This document shows positions 43,850 to 53,037 of a DNA stretch of 64,000 nt, one piece after another. The stretch covers positions 128,670 to 192,669 of the forward strand of contig JAXLYG010000016.1 in the NCBI GenBank assembly GCA_046351535.1, in the 5' to 3' direction. The notes beneath the pieces were generated by a model that worked only from the letters and a program-made list of their open reading frames with translations, made no database searches and had not been told where the DNA came from. This stretch comes from Polyangiales bacterium (GTDB taxonomy: Bacteria; Myxococcota_A; Polyangia; Polyangiales; Ga0077539). Each line of letters opens with the position of its first letter. Position 1 is the stretch's first letter. The position numbers and the translations under genes were made by a program.

Positions 43850-45094
43850 ATGGCCCCACCTCCCGAGAAGCCCTCCGCGCACCGCCCGCTCCTCACGCGG
43901 AAGTTCGCGAAGCGCGCGCTCGTGAACGTCGGCGGCGCCGTCGAGACCGAGGGCGATGAAACGCTCTCGCAGCGCATCTCCGAAGCGCTCACGGTGAGCC
44001 CCGGCGAGCGCGACGCGACGCTCACCCATCCCTTTCACGCGTACCCCGCGCGGCTGCACCCCGCCGTCGCGCGCGCGCTCGTCGAGGCCCTCGCGCCGCC
44101 CGGATCGACGGTGCTCGACCCCTTCTGCGGCTCGGGCACGGTGCTCATCGAGGCGCTCGTCGCGGGGCACCGCGCGATCGGCCGCGACCTCTCTCCCCTC
44201 GCGGTGGAGCTCGCGACGCTCAAGACCCGCGTGACCACTTCGAACGCGCGCAAGGCCACGGTCAACGCGGCGGGCGCCATCGCGGCGCGCGCGGGCGCGG
44301 TGGCGCGATCGAGGACGGAGCTCTTCGTCCCGCCCGGCGAAGAACGGTGGTTCTGGCCTCACACGCTGCGCGAGGTGGCCGCCCTCGCCCGCGAGATCGG
44401 CCGCGCGGAGCCGTGGGTGCGCCCGGCCCTTCGGATGCTCCTCTCGTCGGTGCTCGTGAAGGTCTCGCTGCAAGCGTCGGACAGCGACGCGCGCGTCGTT
44501 CAGAAGGACATCGCCCCCGGCGCCGCGCTGCGGCTCTTCGCGTACAAAGCGCGCGAGCTCGGCCCCTGCCTCGCGGCCCTCGCCGCCGCGGTGCCGAAGG
44601 GAGCAGCCCCCGCCGACGTGGCCGTCGACGACGCTTCGAAGCTCGCGACGGTGGGCGACGCGACGGTGAACGCGATCGTGACGTCGCCGCCCTACGCGAA
44701 CACGTACGACTACCTGCACCACCACGCGCGGCGCTACGCGTGGCTCGGCATCGACGACGCCGCGATGGCCGCGGGAGAGATCGGCGCGGCGCGCTGGTTC
44801 GGCGTCCCCGGTGACGGCGCGGAGCGCTTTCGGCGCGAGCTCGCGGCGATGTGCGGGGCCTTCGCGCGGGTGATGGCGCCCGGCGCGCGCGCCGCCGTGG
44901 TGATCGCCGACGGCGCCGCGGGCGACGCGCCGCTCTACGCCGACGAGATGCTCCGCGAGGCCGCGGCGAGCGCGGGTCTGCGCGTCGTCGCGCGCGCCTC
45001 TCAAGAGCGCAGGACCTTCGACCGCGAGAGCGCGCTGGCCTTCACGAAGCGCCCCAAGCGCGAGCACGTCATCGCGCTCGGCAGAGACCCCTGA
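43850..45094 (+). CDS. SAM-dependent N4/N6 amino-methyltransferase (DNA methylase-like), orphan
   Basis: The SAM motif HAYPARLHPAVARALVEALAPPGSTVLDPFCGSGTVLIEA precedes the catalytic motif VTSPPYANTYDY by ~190 aa. No nuclease gene is adjacent. Confidence 0.7.
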   Translation: MAPPPEKPSAHRPLLTRKFAKRALVNVGGAVETEGDETLSQRISEALTVSPGERDATLTHPFHAYPARLHPAVARALVEALAPPGSTVLDPFCGSGTVLIEALVAGHRAIGRDLSPLAVELATLKTRVTTSNARKATVNAAGAIAARAGAVARSRTELFVPPGEERWFWPHTLREVAALAREIGRAEPWVRPALRMLLSSVLVKVSLQASDSDARVVQKDIAPGAALRLFAYKARELGPCLAALAAAVPKGAAPADVAVDDASKLATVGDATVNAIVTSPPYANTYDYLHHHARRYAWLGIDDAAMAAGEIGAARWFGVPGDGAERFRRELAAMCGAFARVMAPGARAAVVIADGAAGDAPLYADEMLREAAASAGLRVVARASQERRTFDRESALAFTKRPKREHVIALGRDP

Positions 45095-45160
45095 GACAGC
45101 GAATCATTTCTTGCGCGCCCCGGCGCGCGTCGACCACAGAGACACTGGAGAGCAGCACCG

Positions 45161-45472
45161 ATGCGTCAGAAGGAAATCGTCGATCTCGCCATGCAGACCA
45201 TGGGCGTTCCCCGCGACCAGGCCACCCGGGCCCTCGAAGGGGTCTTCGCCACGCTCGCCCGCGCCGTGAAAGAGGGCGACGGAAAGGTGCCCGTCGAGGG
45301 CGTCGGGACGTTCCGCATCAAGATCACCAAGGCCCGCAAGGCCCGCAATCCGCAGACCGGCGCCGAGATCGACATCCCGTCGCGCAAGAAGGTCACCTTC
45401 AAGGCCTCGACCGACATGATGACGTCGCTCAACGGCTCGCCCGACGACGACGAAGAGGAAGAAGAGAAGTAG
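45161..45472 (+). CDS. hup: HU/IHF-family DNA-binding protein with an acidic C-terminal tail
   Basis: GVGTFRIKITKARKARNPQTGAEIDIPSRKKVTFKAS is the HU arm. The tail is DDDEEEEEK. Confidence 0.88.
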   Translation: MRQKEIVDLAMQTMGVPRDQATRALEGVFATLARAVKEGDGKVPVEGVGTFRIKITKARKARNPQTGAEIDIPSRKKVTFKASTDMMTSLNGSPDDDEEEEEK

Positions 45473-45500
45473 TCGCTCCCCCTCCACTCCTCCCCGCCGC

Positions 45501-46613
45501 TCAGCGCGCGGTCGATCGACGACGGATCTCGTCGGCCACCGCGCGGTGCCCCTCCGCTTCGAGCACACCACCGAGCGCCTCGTCCGTCGCCACCGGCGTC
45601 GCGGGACACGACCGCCGCATCCGGGTCACGCGCGCGGCCGCGTCGCGCAGCCGCTCCGCGAAGCGCGCGTCACCGCGGGCCTTCGCGACGAGGGCCTCGC
45701 GCGCGCGCTCCTGCGAGTCGGGGTCGGTGCAGATGAGCAGCCCGTCACAGCCCGCGTCGATGGCGCGCACGGCGGAGTCTTCGACGCCGTAGCGATCGGC
45801 GACGGCCTTCATGTGCAGGTCGTCGGAGAAGATCACCGCGTCGCTCCCCGCGGCCACGTCGTCGCGCAGGAGCCCCGTCATCACGGCGCGCGAGAGCGTC
45901 GCGGGGGTCTCCGCGTCGAGGGCGTCGAAGAGCACGTGCGCGCTCATGATCGACGCCACGCCCGCGGTCACCGCCGCGCGGAACGGCGGGAGCTCGACGG
46001 CGTCGAGCCGCGCCCGATCGTGACGGATGCGCGGAAGCTCGAGGTGGCTGTCGGTCTCCGTGTCTCCGTGCCCGGGAAAGTGCTTCGCGCAGCCCATCAC
46101 GCGGGCCTCGCGCATGCCCTCGATCCACGCGGTGACGTGGCGGCTCACGGTGTCCGCGTCGCGACCGAAGGCGCGGTCGCCGATGATGGGGTTCGCGGGG
46201 TTGCTGTCGACGTCGCACACGGGCGCGAAGTCGAGGTTCACGCCGAGCGCGCTGAGCTCCGTCGCGACGACGCGGGCCGCGCGGCGCGTGAGGTCGACGT
46301 CGTCGATGGCGCCGAGCACGCGCATCGCGGGCATGCACGTCACGCCCTCGCGCAGCCGCGCGACGCGGCCTCCCTCCTGATCGATCGAGATGATCGGAGA
46401 GAGCGCCGACGCGCCTACGAGGGATGCGCACAGGGCGCGCACCTGCCGCACGTCCGTGATGTTTCTTCGAAAGAGCGTGACCCCCGCGAGGTGGCCCTTC
46501 GCGAGCCTCTCCGCGATGGCCGCCGGGAGCTCCACGCCGTCGAACCCGCCGACGATCACGGAGCCTGCGATCACGTCGAGCGATTCACCGTCTTCTCGTG
46601 CCTCAAAGGTCAT
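45501..46613 (-). CDS. nagZ: beta-N-acetylhexosaminidase (glycoside hydrolase family 3)
   Basis: IDQEGGRVARL, KHFPGHGDTETDSH, and a typical NagZ length (370 aa). Confidence 0.9.
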   Translation of the reverse strand: MTFEAREDGESLDVIAGSVIVGGFDGVELPAAIAERLAKGHLAGVTLFRRNITDVRQVRALCASLVGASALSPIISIDQEGGRVARLREGVTCMPAMRVLGAIDDVDLTRRAARVVATELSALGVNLDFAPVCDVDSNPANPIIGDRAFGRDADTVSRHVTAWIEGMREARVMGCAKHFPGHGDTETDSHLELPRIRHDRARLDAVELPPFRAAVTAGVASIMSAHVLFDALDAETPATLSRAVMTGLLRDDVAAGSDAVIFSDDLHMKAVADRYGVEDSAVRAIDAGCDGLLICTDPDSQERAREALVAKARGDARFAERLRDAAARVTRMRRSCPATPVATDEALGGVLEAEGHRAVADEIRRRSTAR

Positions 46614-46729
46614 GGCACGGAATGACTAACCCGCCTCGCGCGCTCTTGAAACGTTCCGACACGATCGACGGGCACGTTGCGCTCCGCCGCGGAGGGTCTC
46701 TATACTCCCCGCTCAACACGGAGCGTTCT

Positions 46730-47587
46730 GTGCGGCCATTGGCGTTGACGATTCTCGGAGTGATGACGGCGGCGGCGTGCACCGGCTCGGGCTACGAGCC
46801 GCAGGCCGAGGGCGACGCTCCTGCGCGCGCCACGGGCATGCTCTTCGTCGAGCGCGTCGAGGGCGGAGGCTCACCGGGCGTGCAGGTCGGCGCGCGCTTC
46901 CTGCGGATGGTGGGCGTCTCCGACGAGGCCCTCCCCGACCTCGTGGGCACGCCCGTGGTTCCCCCCGCGGGGCGCTGCGTCGAGCGCGGCACCGCGGGTG
47001 ACGCCGCGCCCGATCCGCTCCGCGCCGAAGTGCGCCTCCTCGACGTGGGCACCATCCGCGTCCAGGCCGAAGGCGCGCAGCTCTCGATGGCCCCGCGCCG
47101 CTTCCCCGACCTCTGGAACGTCGTCTCGGGCGTGCTCTACGGCGCCGAGGCCGACCTCCCCCTCGGCACCTGGCGCTTCACCGCGCAGGGCGCGCAGGGC
47201 CTCGGCATCGGCGCCTTCGACATCTCCGCGCAGGCCCCCGAGACGCTCGCGCAGGTCCGCGTGGGCGAGGCCTCGCTTCCCACGACGAGCAACCTCGCGC
47301 TCACCCTCGGCCGCCGCGGCGTGCTCCCGATCCGCTGGCTCCGCGCGGCCTCCGACGACCGCATCTCGGTGGTCTTCGAAGGCAACGGGATGATGGCCTG
47401 CGGCGCGCGCGACGAGGGCTCCCTCGACCTCGACGGCGCGATGGCCGAGCGCGCGCGAGAGATCATCGGCACGGGCGGCACGATCTCGGTTCACCGCATG
47501 CGCTCGCGTCCCTTCACGACGCAGGGCCTCGACGCCGCCACGCTCGTGTTCGACCTCTCGGTGCGCGCCCGCGCCCGCGTCGAATAA
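46730..47587 (+). CDS. hypothetical lipoprotein
   Basis: GTG 46730 gives VRPLALTILGVMTAAAC (lipobox). No recognised domain. Confidence 0.55.
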   Translation: MRPLALTILGVMTAAACTGSGYEPQAEGDAPARATGMLFVERVEGGGSPGVQVGARFLRMVGVSDEALPDLVGTPVVPPAGRCVERGTAGDAAPDPLRAEVRLLDVGTIRVQAEGAQLSMAPRRFPDLWNVVSGVLYGAEADLPLGTWRFTAQGAQGLGIGAFDISAQAPETLAQVRVGEASLPTTSNLALTLGRRGVLPIRWLRAASDDRISVVFEGNGMMACGARDEGSLDLDGAMAERAREIIGTGGTISVHRMRSRPFTTQGLDAATLVFDLSVRARARVE

Positions 47588-47597
47588 CCCGCTCGCC

Positions 47598-48815
47598 CTA
47601 CGCCCCACGCACCGCGAAGCGCGCGCGCAGCGCAGCGCGCCACGGCGGATCGTCGCCGAACACATCGCCCGCGAGCACGGCCGCGAGCGGCTGCCGCGCG
47701 GACCGCGTGCGGCCTTCGAAGATCGCCTCGGTGAGATCGCCCGCGTGGAGCGCCTGCGTGAGCCCCTGGTAGAGATCCATCGCGAGGCCCATGCGCGTCG
47801 CGTAGCGGTCGAAGTAGAGGGGCTCCTCGTCGGGGTGCGCGAGGGCCTGCATGAGCGTCGCTGCGGCCTCCGAGGCGCCCGCGATGGCGAGGTGCGTCCC
47901 CGCGCAGAAGAGCGGATCGAAGAAGCCCGCGGCGTCGCCCACGAGGAGCCATCCCGGCCCCGTGCGCTTCGAAGATCGCTGCGCGAAGTCGGCCACCGCG
48001 CGCACCGGCGTGAGCCGCGTGGCGGGCGAGAGCATCGCGCGCGCGACGGGCGCGTCGTCGAGGGTGCGCGCGAAGAACGCGTCGAGCGATTCGCCGCGCG
48101 CGCGGGCGCGCATCCACGTGGCGCTGCACACGGCGCCCACGGAGTTCACCTCGCCGAGGAAGGGGATGTTCCACACCCAGCCGTGGGGAAAGAGCACCGC
48201 GTCGAGGTCGCCCTCGGTGTCGTCGGTGTTGCGCGTGACGTGCTGGTAGTGGGCGACGAGCGCCGTGCGATCGAGGCCCTGCACCCTCTCGCGGTGCCCG
48301 AGGCGCGTCGCGAGGATGCCCTCGTGGCCCGTCGCGTCGACGATGATGCTCCCCGTGAAGCCCTGCGCGTCGCCGTCGTCGCGTCGCACACGGACGCCTG
48401 TCGCGCGGCCGTTTTCGAAGAGCACGTCCTCGACGGTGTGCCCCTCCCGCGCGTCGGCGCCGAGCTCTCTTGCGCGCGCGAGGAGCCTCGCGTCGAAGTC
48501 CGCGCGCGGCGCCTGCCACGCGTAGAGGCCGTCGCCCGCGGCGGCGTCGGTGTAGTCGTAGCGCTGCTGGCGACCGGTGCGGCAGTCGACGAAGCGCACG
48601 CCGTACTTGCGCACGTAGCGCTCGTCGAGGTCGTCGCGGAGGCCGAGCGAGTCGAGCACCGGCAGCGACATCGGCGCGAGCGACTCGCCGATGTGGTACC
48701 GCGGGAAGCGCTGTTTTTCGAGCAGCACCACGTCGGCGCCCGCGCGCGCGAGGAGCGCCGCCGTGACGGCCCCCGCGGGTCCTCCGCCGAGGATCACGAC
48801 GTCGTGCGTGGTCAC
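47598..48815 (-). CDS. flavin-dependent halogenase-family FAD protein
   Basis: HDVVILGGGPAGAVTAALLARAG (GxGxxG) plus WVWNIP (48162-48179), which matches the WxWxIP halogenase signature. GTG 48815 overlaps the stop of the upstream gene (GTGA). Confidence 0.7.
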   Translation of the reverse strand: MTTHDVVILGGGPAGAVTAALLARAGADVVLLEKQRFPRYHIGESLAPMSLPVLDSLGLRDDLDERYVRKYGVRFVDCRTGRQQRYDYTDAAAGDGLYAWQAPRADFDARLLARARELGADAREGHTVEDVLFENGRATGVRVRRDDGDAQGFTGSIIVDATGHEGILATRLGHRERVQGLDRTALVAHYQHVTRNTDDTEGDLDAVLFPHGWVWNIPFLGEVNSVGAVCSATWMRARARGESLDAFFARTLDDAPVARAMLSPATRLTPVRAVADFAQRSSKRTGPGWLLVGDAAGFFDPLFCAGTHLAIAGASEAAATLMQALAHPDEEPLYFDRYATRMGLAMDLYQGLTQALHAGDLTEAIFEGRTRSARQPLAAVLAGDVFGDDPPWRAALRARFAVRGA

Positions 48816-49891
48816 CTCCACGCGGTCTCTCCGGGGGGCGTCTCCGAGGCGATTCCCCCGACGCCCGCGACGGCGAGGCGATGCCCGGGGAGCCATCCGA
48901 GCACGGGCCTCGCGAGGGTGATCCCCGCTTCGTTCGAGGGCAGCGAGAGCACGGTATCGAAGCGCGCGCCGCGGTCGTTCGAGAGCTCGACGGAGGTGTC
49001 TCGCACGGCGACGAAGCGCGTGAGGTCGACGCGCATCACGGCCTCGGCGGGAGGCCCCGGGGGGCGGCGCCCCTCGACGCGCGTGAAGGGGCCGCTCGCC
49101 GACTCGGAGTACACGATGAGCCGGTGACCGTCGGGGTCATCGCGCCACGCGACGATGCCCGCGGCGGTGCGCGTGAGCCCGTCGAAGCGATCGGATTGCC
49201 CTGCGATCACGGCCCCCGCGACGGTGTTCACGCGGTCGACGAAGACGAGGTGATCGCCCTCGGCGAGCGTGAGGAACGAGTCGCTCGCGTCGAGCACCGC
49301 CGCGTGCGTCGAGGCATCGAGGCCCGTGATCGCGTACCAGCCCGTGTCGCCCGCGACGGCGCGAGAGAGCATGAGCGTGGGCTCCACCGCGCCGCTGCGG
49401 TGGCTCACGAACGACCATCCGCCGGCCGCGCGGCGAGACCACGGCGCGCCCTTCACGTCGGAGCAGAGCGGCGTCACCGAGAAGCCCGCGCGCTCCGTCG
49501 GACGCACGTAGAAGCGGCCGTCGGCCACGAGGTACGCGGCGCCGTCGCGCGCGAACTCCATCGACCAGAAGCCCCGCGCCACGCAGGGGATCTCGTCGGG
49601 CAGCGTGGTGGTCACCGCGTGCGTCTCGTCGGTGAGGCGCGCGCCGCGGACCGACCACACCGCGCCGTGCGTGTCGATCGCGCGCACGTCGGCGCGGTCC
49701 ATCGCGCGCCAGCTCCAGGGCGCAGCGGGCGCGGGCGGAGGCGTCGGTTCCGCGACGCGCGCGTCTCCCGCGGCGGGGTGATCCGCGGCGGGAGAGGCGT
49801 TCGAAGCGTCGGTGGCGGGGGTGTTGGTTCGCCGTGAGCGGCAGGCCGCGAGGGCGAGCGCGAGGGCGAGGATCGTCGACGCGCGAGCCAC
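48812..49891 (-). CDS. hypothetical lipoprotein (repeat/beta-rich)
   Basis: Lipobox MARASTILALALALAAC. Pro/Ala spacer, then a ~300-aa beta-rich region. No motif recognised. Confidence 0.6.
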   Translation of the reverse strand: MARASTILALALALAACRSRRTNTPATDASNASPAADHPAAGDARVAEPTPPPAPAAPWSWRAMDRADVRAIDTHGAVWSVRGARLTDETHAVTTTLPDEIPCVARGFWSMEFARDGAAYLVADGRFYVRPTERAGFSVTPLCSDVKGAPWSRRAAGGWSFVSHRSGAVEPTLMLSRAVAGDTGWYAITGLDASTHAAVLDASDSFLTLAEGDHLVFVDRVNTVAGAVIAGQSDRFDGLTRTAAGIVAWRDDPDGHRLIVYSESASGPFTRVEGRRPPGPPAEAVMRVDLTRFVAVRDTSVELSNDRGARFDTVLSLPSNEAGITLARPVLGWLPGHRLAVAGVGGIASETPPGETAWR

Positions 49892-49899
49892 GCGCGAGA

Positions 49900-51924
49900 T
49901 CAGCCGCGGGTCGAGAGGTTGAGCTTGCGGAGCTTGTCCGCGAGGCTCACGCCGACGCTCGTCGCGTTGGCCTGCTGCTGGTAGGCGCGATAGGCCTGAC
50001 GCTCCTCGTCCTGCACGGCGGCGCGGATCGAGAGCTTGAGGCGACCGCGCTCCATCTCGACGATCTTGACCTTCACGTCGGTGCCCACGGGGAGCGACTT
50101 CTTGAGGTCGGCGCCGCGGGGCAGGCCGCTGTCGGGCGGGGCGATGAAGCCGCGGCCGACCTTGCCGAAGGTGCCCTCGATCTGGGCGTAGACGCCGAAG
50201 TTGTCGTGGTCGGCGATCTTGGCCATGACGATCATCCCGAGCTTCGGGTTGACCGACTTCTTGAGCTGCTCCTCGGTGACGCCCTCGGGGAGCATGGCGA
50301 GGGCGATGCGGCGCTGACCCTTGTCGACGCGCGCCACGCGGACGGTGACCTCCTGCGCCTCCTTGAGCACCTCGTTGGGGTGCTGCACGCGGCGACCGTC
50401 GAGGTCGATCTCGCTGACGTGAAGGAGCCCGTCGACGCCCTTCTCGAGCTCGATGAAGGCCCCGAAGGGCTGCATGCGCGCGACGCGGCCCTTGTGAACG
50501 CTGCCCGGGGGATAGCGCTTGTGCACGTCGGCCCAGGGGTCGACCTCGATGGCCCTGCGCGACAGCTCGACGCGGGGCGTTCCTTCGGGCAGACGCGAGA
50601 AGCGCTGGGGCTTCTTCTTGTCGCCCTTGTGCTTGTCGCCCTTGTCGCCCTCGGCGTGCGCGCCCTCGGCGGAAGCTCCCTCGGCGGGCGCTCCCTCGGC
50701 GTGCTCGGTGACCTCGGCGTGCGCTTCGGCGGCGGGCGCCTCGGCAGCGTGCGCCTCGGCGTCGGCCTTCGGGGCCTCGCCCTGCGCGGGCGCCGGGTGC
50801 GCCTGCGGAACGTCGATGCGGAGCACCAGCGCTTCGATCTCCTCGCCCACCCTGGCCACGTCCTGAGGACGCGTCCCGCGGTCGTGCGAGATCTCCGAGA
50901 GCTGGATGCGCCCCTCGACGCCGCCGAGGTCGACGAAGATGCCGTGATCGCGCACGGCCACCACGCGGCCCTTCACGCGCTCGCCGACCTTGATCGCCGC
51001 GACGGCCTGCTCGGCGCGCTCGCGAATGTCGGTCTCACGGAGCGCGCGGCGCGACACCACGGCCTCGCGGTCGCTCAGCGACGTGACCTTGAAGATCTCG
51101 CGGCGGAGCACCATCGCGGCGAGTTCCTGCTGCGAGGGCACGCGCACGTCGATCTGCGAGCTCGGGCAGAAGCCGCGGACGCCGCCGATGTCGACCTCGA
51201 GGCCGCCGCGGTTGAGGCCCGTGATGAGCCCCTCGATGGCGTCGCCGGCGTTGAACGCCTGCACGACCATCTCGCGGTTGCGCTCGGCGCGGTTGGGATC
51301 GCGCGTCACGACGAGGTTGCCGCCGCCGCGCGTGCCGTCCTGAAGAACGATCACGTCGACGGAGTCGCCCACCTGCGGCGCGGCGCCTTCGGGCGTCGCG
51401 AGCTCGCGGAGGTCGAGGACGCCCTTCTCCTTGCCCCAGAGGTCGCAGAGCGCGCCGCCAGGACCGAGCTGGAGCACCTTCGCGCGCACCTTGTCGCCGA
51501 CCTTGAAGGCCCTGTGCTGCTCGGCGGCCTTGTTGGGGTTCGGGCCCCTGCGCTCGCCGCCGCCGCCACCGGGCTGCCCTTCGGGGCGCTGCCCTTCGGG
51601 GCCGCGGGGCTTCTTGCTGCGGTCGCCGCGATCGCGGTCGCGACGCGGGCGATCGGGGCGCGCCTCAGCGACGACCGCGGGCCTGTTGGCGCCGATCGTG
51701 TTGCCGATGTTGTCCCCGGGCTCCTCGGGCACGGCCTCTTCGTCGCTGTGCGCCGCGGGCGCTGCCGCAGCGGGGGCGATGAGGTTGCCGATGTTGTCCT
51801 CGGGGTCATCAACGGGATGCTGGGCGGCCGTCTCCGCCGCCGCGGGCGCCTGGTTGCCCGTGATCGGGGCGCCCGTGCCCTGCGTGGGAGTCGTGCTCTC
51901 GCCGTTGCTCTCGCCGTTGCTCAT
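49900..51924 (-). CDS. multi-S1-domain RNA-binding protein (RpsA-like, atypical extensions)
   Basis: At least four S1 modules (FKVGDKVRAKV..., GDAIEGLITGL..., IKVGERVKGRVVAV..., HKGRVARMQPFGAFIEL..., MIVMAKIADHDNFGVYAQI...). An N-terminal ~150-aa disordered region (NGESNGES, RDRDRGDR). An internal ~90-aa His/Ala/Glu/Lys-rich insert. Confidence 0.8.
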   Translation of the reverse strand: MSNGESNGESTTPTQGTGAPITGNQAPAAAETAAQHPVDDPEDNIGNLIAPAAAAPAAHSDEEAVPEEPGDNIGNTIGANRPAVVAEARPDRPRRDRDRGDRSKKPRGPEGQRPEGQPGGGGGERRGPNPNKAAEQHRAFKVGDKVRAKVLQLGPGGALCDLWGKEKGVLDLRELATPEGAAPQVGDSVDVIVLQDGTRGGGNLVVTRDPNRAERNREMVVQAFNAGDAIEGLITGLNRGGLEVDIGGVRGFCPSSQIDVRVPSQQELAAMVLRREIFKVTSLSDREAVVSRRALRETDIRERAEQAVAAIKVGERVKGRVVAVRDHGIFVDLGGVEGRIQLSEISHDRGTRPQDVARVGEEIEALVLRIDVPQAHPAPAQGEAPKADAEAHAAEAPAAEAHAEVTEHAEGAPAEGASAEGAHAEGDKGDKHKGDKKKPQRFSRLPEGTPRVELSRRAIEVDPWADVHKRYPPGSVHKGRVARMQPFGAFIELEKGVDGLLHVSEIDLDGRRVQHPNEVLKEAQEVTVRVARVDKGQRRIALAMLPEGVTEEQLKKSVNPKLGMIVMAKIADHDNFGVYAQIEGTFGKVGRGFIAPPDSGLPRGADLKKSLPVGTDVKVKIVEMERGRLKLSIRAAVQDEERQAYRAYQQQANATSVGVSLADKLRKLNLSTRG

Positions 51925-52137
51925 TGCGTGATCTCCGTACGTGTCGCGAAGTGGTCGTCCGAAAGGGAGGCGCGCTTATGCCACAAGTCACTTTGAAAAG
52001 CGACGCCTCGGGTTGCGTCGTCACACGCAGCGTGCTGAGCGCGCTCGCGGCCCTCGCACGGCGCCGCTTCTTCGACGCGCGGCACGCGAGGTTCGAGGCG
52101 CGCAGAGACGAAGCGTCGAGGGGCGATCACGAAAGTG

Positions 52138-52165
52138 TTGACAGACGGATCTCGCTGAGTAGGAT
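52138..52165 (+). promoter_or_regulatory. sigma70-type promoter of tRNA-Asn (TTGACA-N16-TAGGAT)
   Basis: TTGACA at 52138-52143 and TAGGAT at 52160-52165. The tRNA 5' end lies 11 nt downstream. Confidence 0.6.
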
Positions 52166-52176
52166 CCGCGTCCCAT

Positions 52177-52249
52177 TCCGACTTAGCTCAGTCGGTAGAG
52201 CAGGCGGCTGTTAACCGCCGGGTCGCTGGTTCGAGTCCAGCAGTCGGAG
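52177..52249 (+). tRNA. tRNA-Asn (anticodon GTT)
   Basis: The cloverleaf folds by hand: acceptor TCCGACT/AGTCGGA, D stem GCTC/GAGC, anticodon stem GGCGG/CCGCC with loop CTGTTAA, T stem GCTGG/CCAGC with loop TTCGAGT, discriminator G. CCA is not encoded. Confidence 0.95.
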
Positions 52250-52260
52250 CAAGGAATCCT

Positions 52261-52310
52261 AGAAGGGTCGCGATCGAGAGGTCGCGGCCCTTCTGGGTTT
52301 TTGGGTTTTC
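52261..52310 (+). terminator. intrinsic terminator after tRNA-Asn
   Basis: Stem agaagggtcgcga / tcgcggcccttct (12 Watson-Crick pairs + 1 G-U), an 8-nt loop, followed by gggtttttgggtttt. Confidence 0.75.
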
Positions 52311-52587
52311 GATCGGGGCGCGACGGGGGTGTGCGTCGCCTCCCCGGCGACCTCAATCCGTCCGCTCGACACATCGAGCAACGCGAGCGCAGGGGGAGAC
52401 CCCGGCACGCCGCAGACGCCGATCGAGCCGAAGCAGGCCGAGCGGCCCAGAGAGCCTCCTCGCCGGCTCCCTGTCTGGTGCCATGAATTGCGCGCTAGAA
52501 AGGCGTTTCGAGTAGCGAAGGCTACGGTGAAGTTGAAGGCGCCGCAGGGGGCGGTGCGGTGGGCCGCGGCAGTCTCTCCTTGTCGGC

Positions 52588-52722
52588 TCAGGACCGCGCG
52601 TCGGCAGTCTTCTGGCCGATGCGGAACACGAAGGCCGTCGTGCTCGTGCTCACCCCCTCGATCGACTTCGACCGGAAGCTCGTCTCTTCGACATACACAC
52701 CAGGCGCGAGAGATTCGGGCAT
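52588..52722 (-). pseudogene. 5' stub (44 codons) of a contractile-tail sheath gene
   Basis: MPESLAPGVYVEETSFRSKSIEGVSTSTTAFV matches the conserved N-terminus of phage/eCIS tail sheath proteins (xxAPGVYVEE...I.GVSTS.AAFVG), then diverges (FRIGQKTADARS) and stops. A strong RBS, gAAGGAGGggctcATG, is retained. Confidence 0.65.
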
Positions 52723-53037
52723 GAGCCCCTCCTTCTCGTGGGGGTCACCAGGGGCCGAACACCGGCGAAGGCTTCGCGCGCACCCATCGCCCACGCGGGC
52801 TGGAGGGCCTCGTCTTGCGCGTTGCGGCCCCACGGAAACTCCCGGCCGAGGCGCGCAATCAGCGCTGCCGACAGCATGAATCGCTCGAACATCGGCCACA
52901 GGCCACCCGGGTGAGCCCTGTTGGTTTCGACGCCCTGATGTCAAGGCTGATCGCGACGGCGCGCGTGGCGCGAGCAGCGAACGCGCAGCGCGCGGCCCAT
53001 TGACCTGTGCAACCCGATCACCGGAGAGTTGCACCGA

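Noticed and set aside
49834-51996. 720-aa ORF antisense to the S1-domain gene
   Set aside because: Leu/Arg/Ala/Gly/Asp-rich shadow frame. S1 modules are readable on the minus strand.
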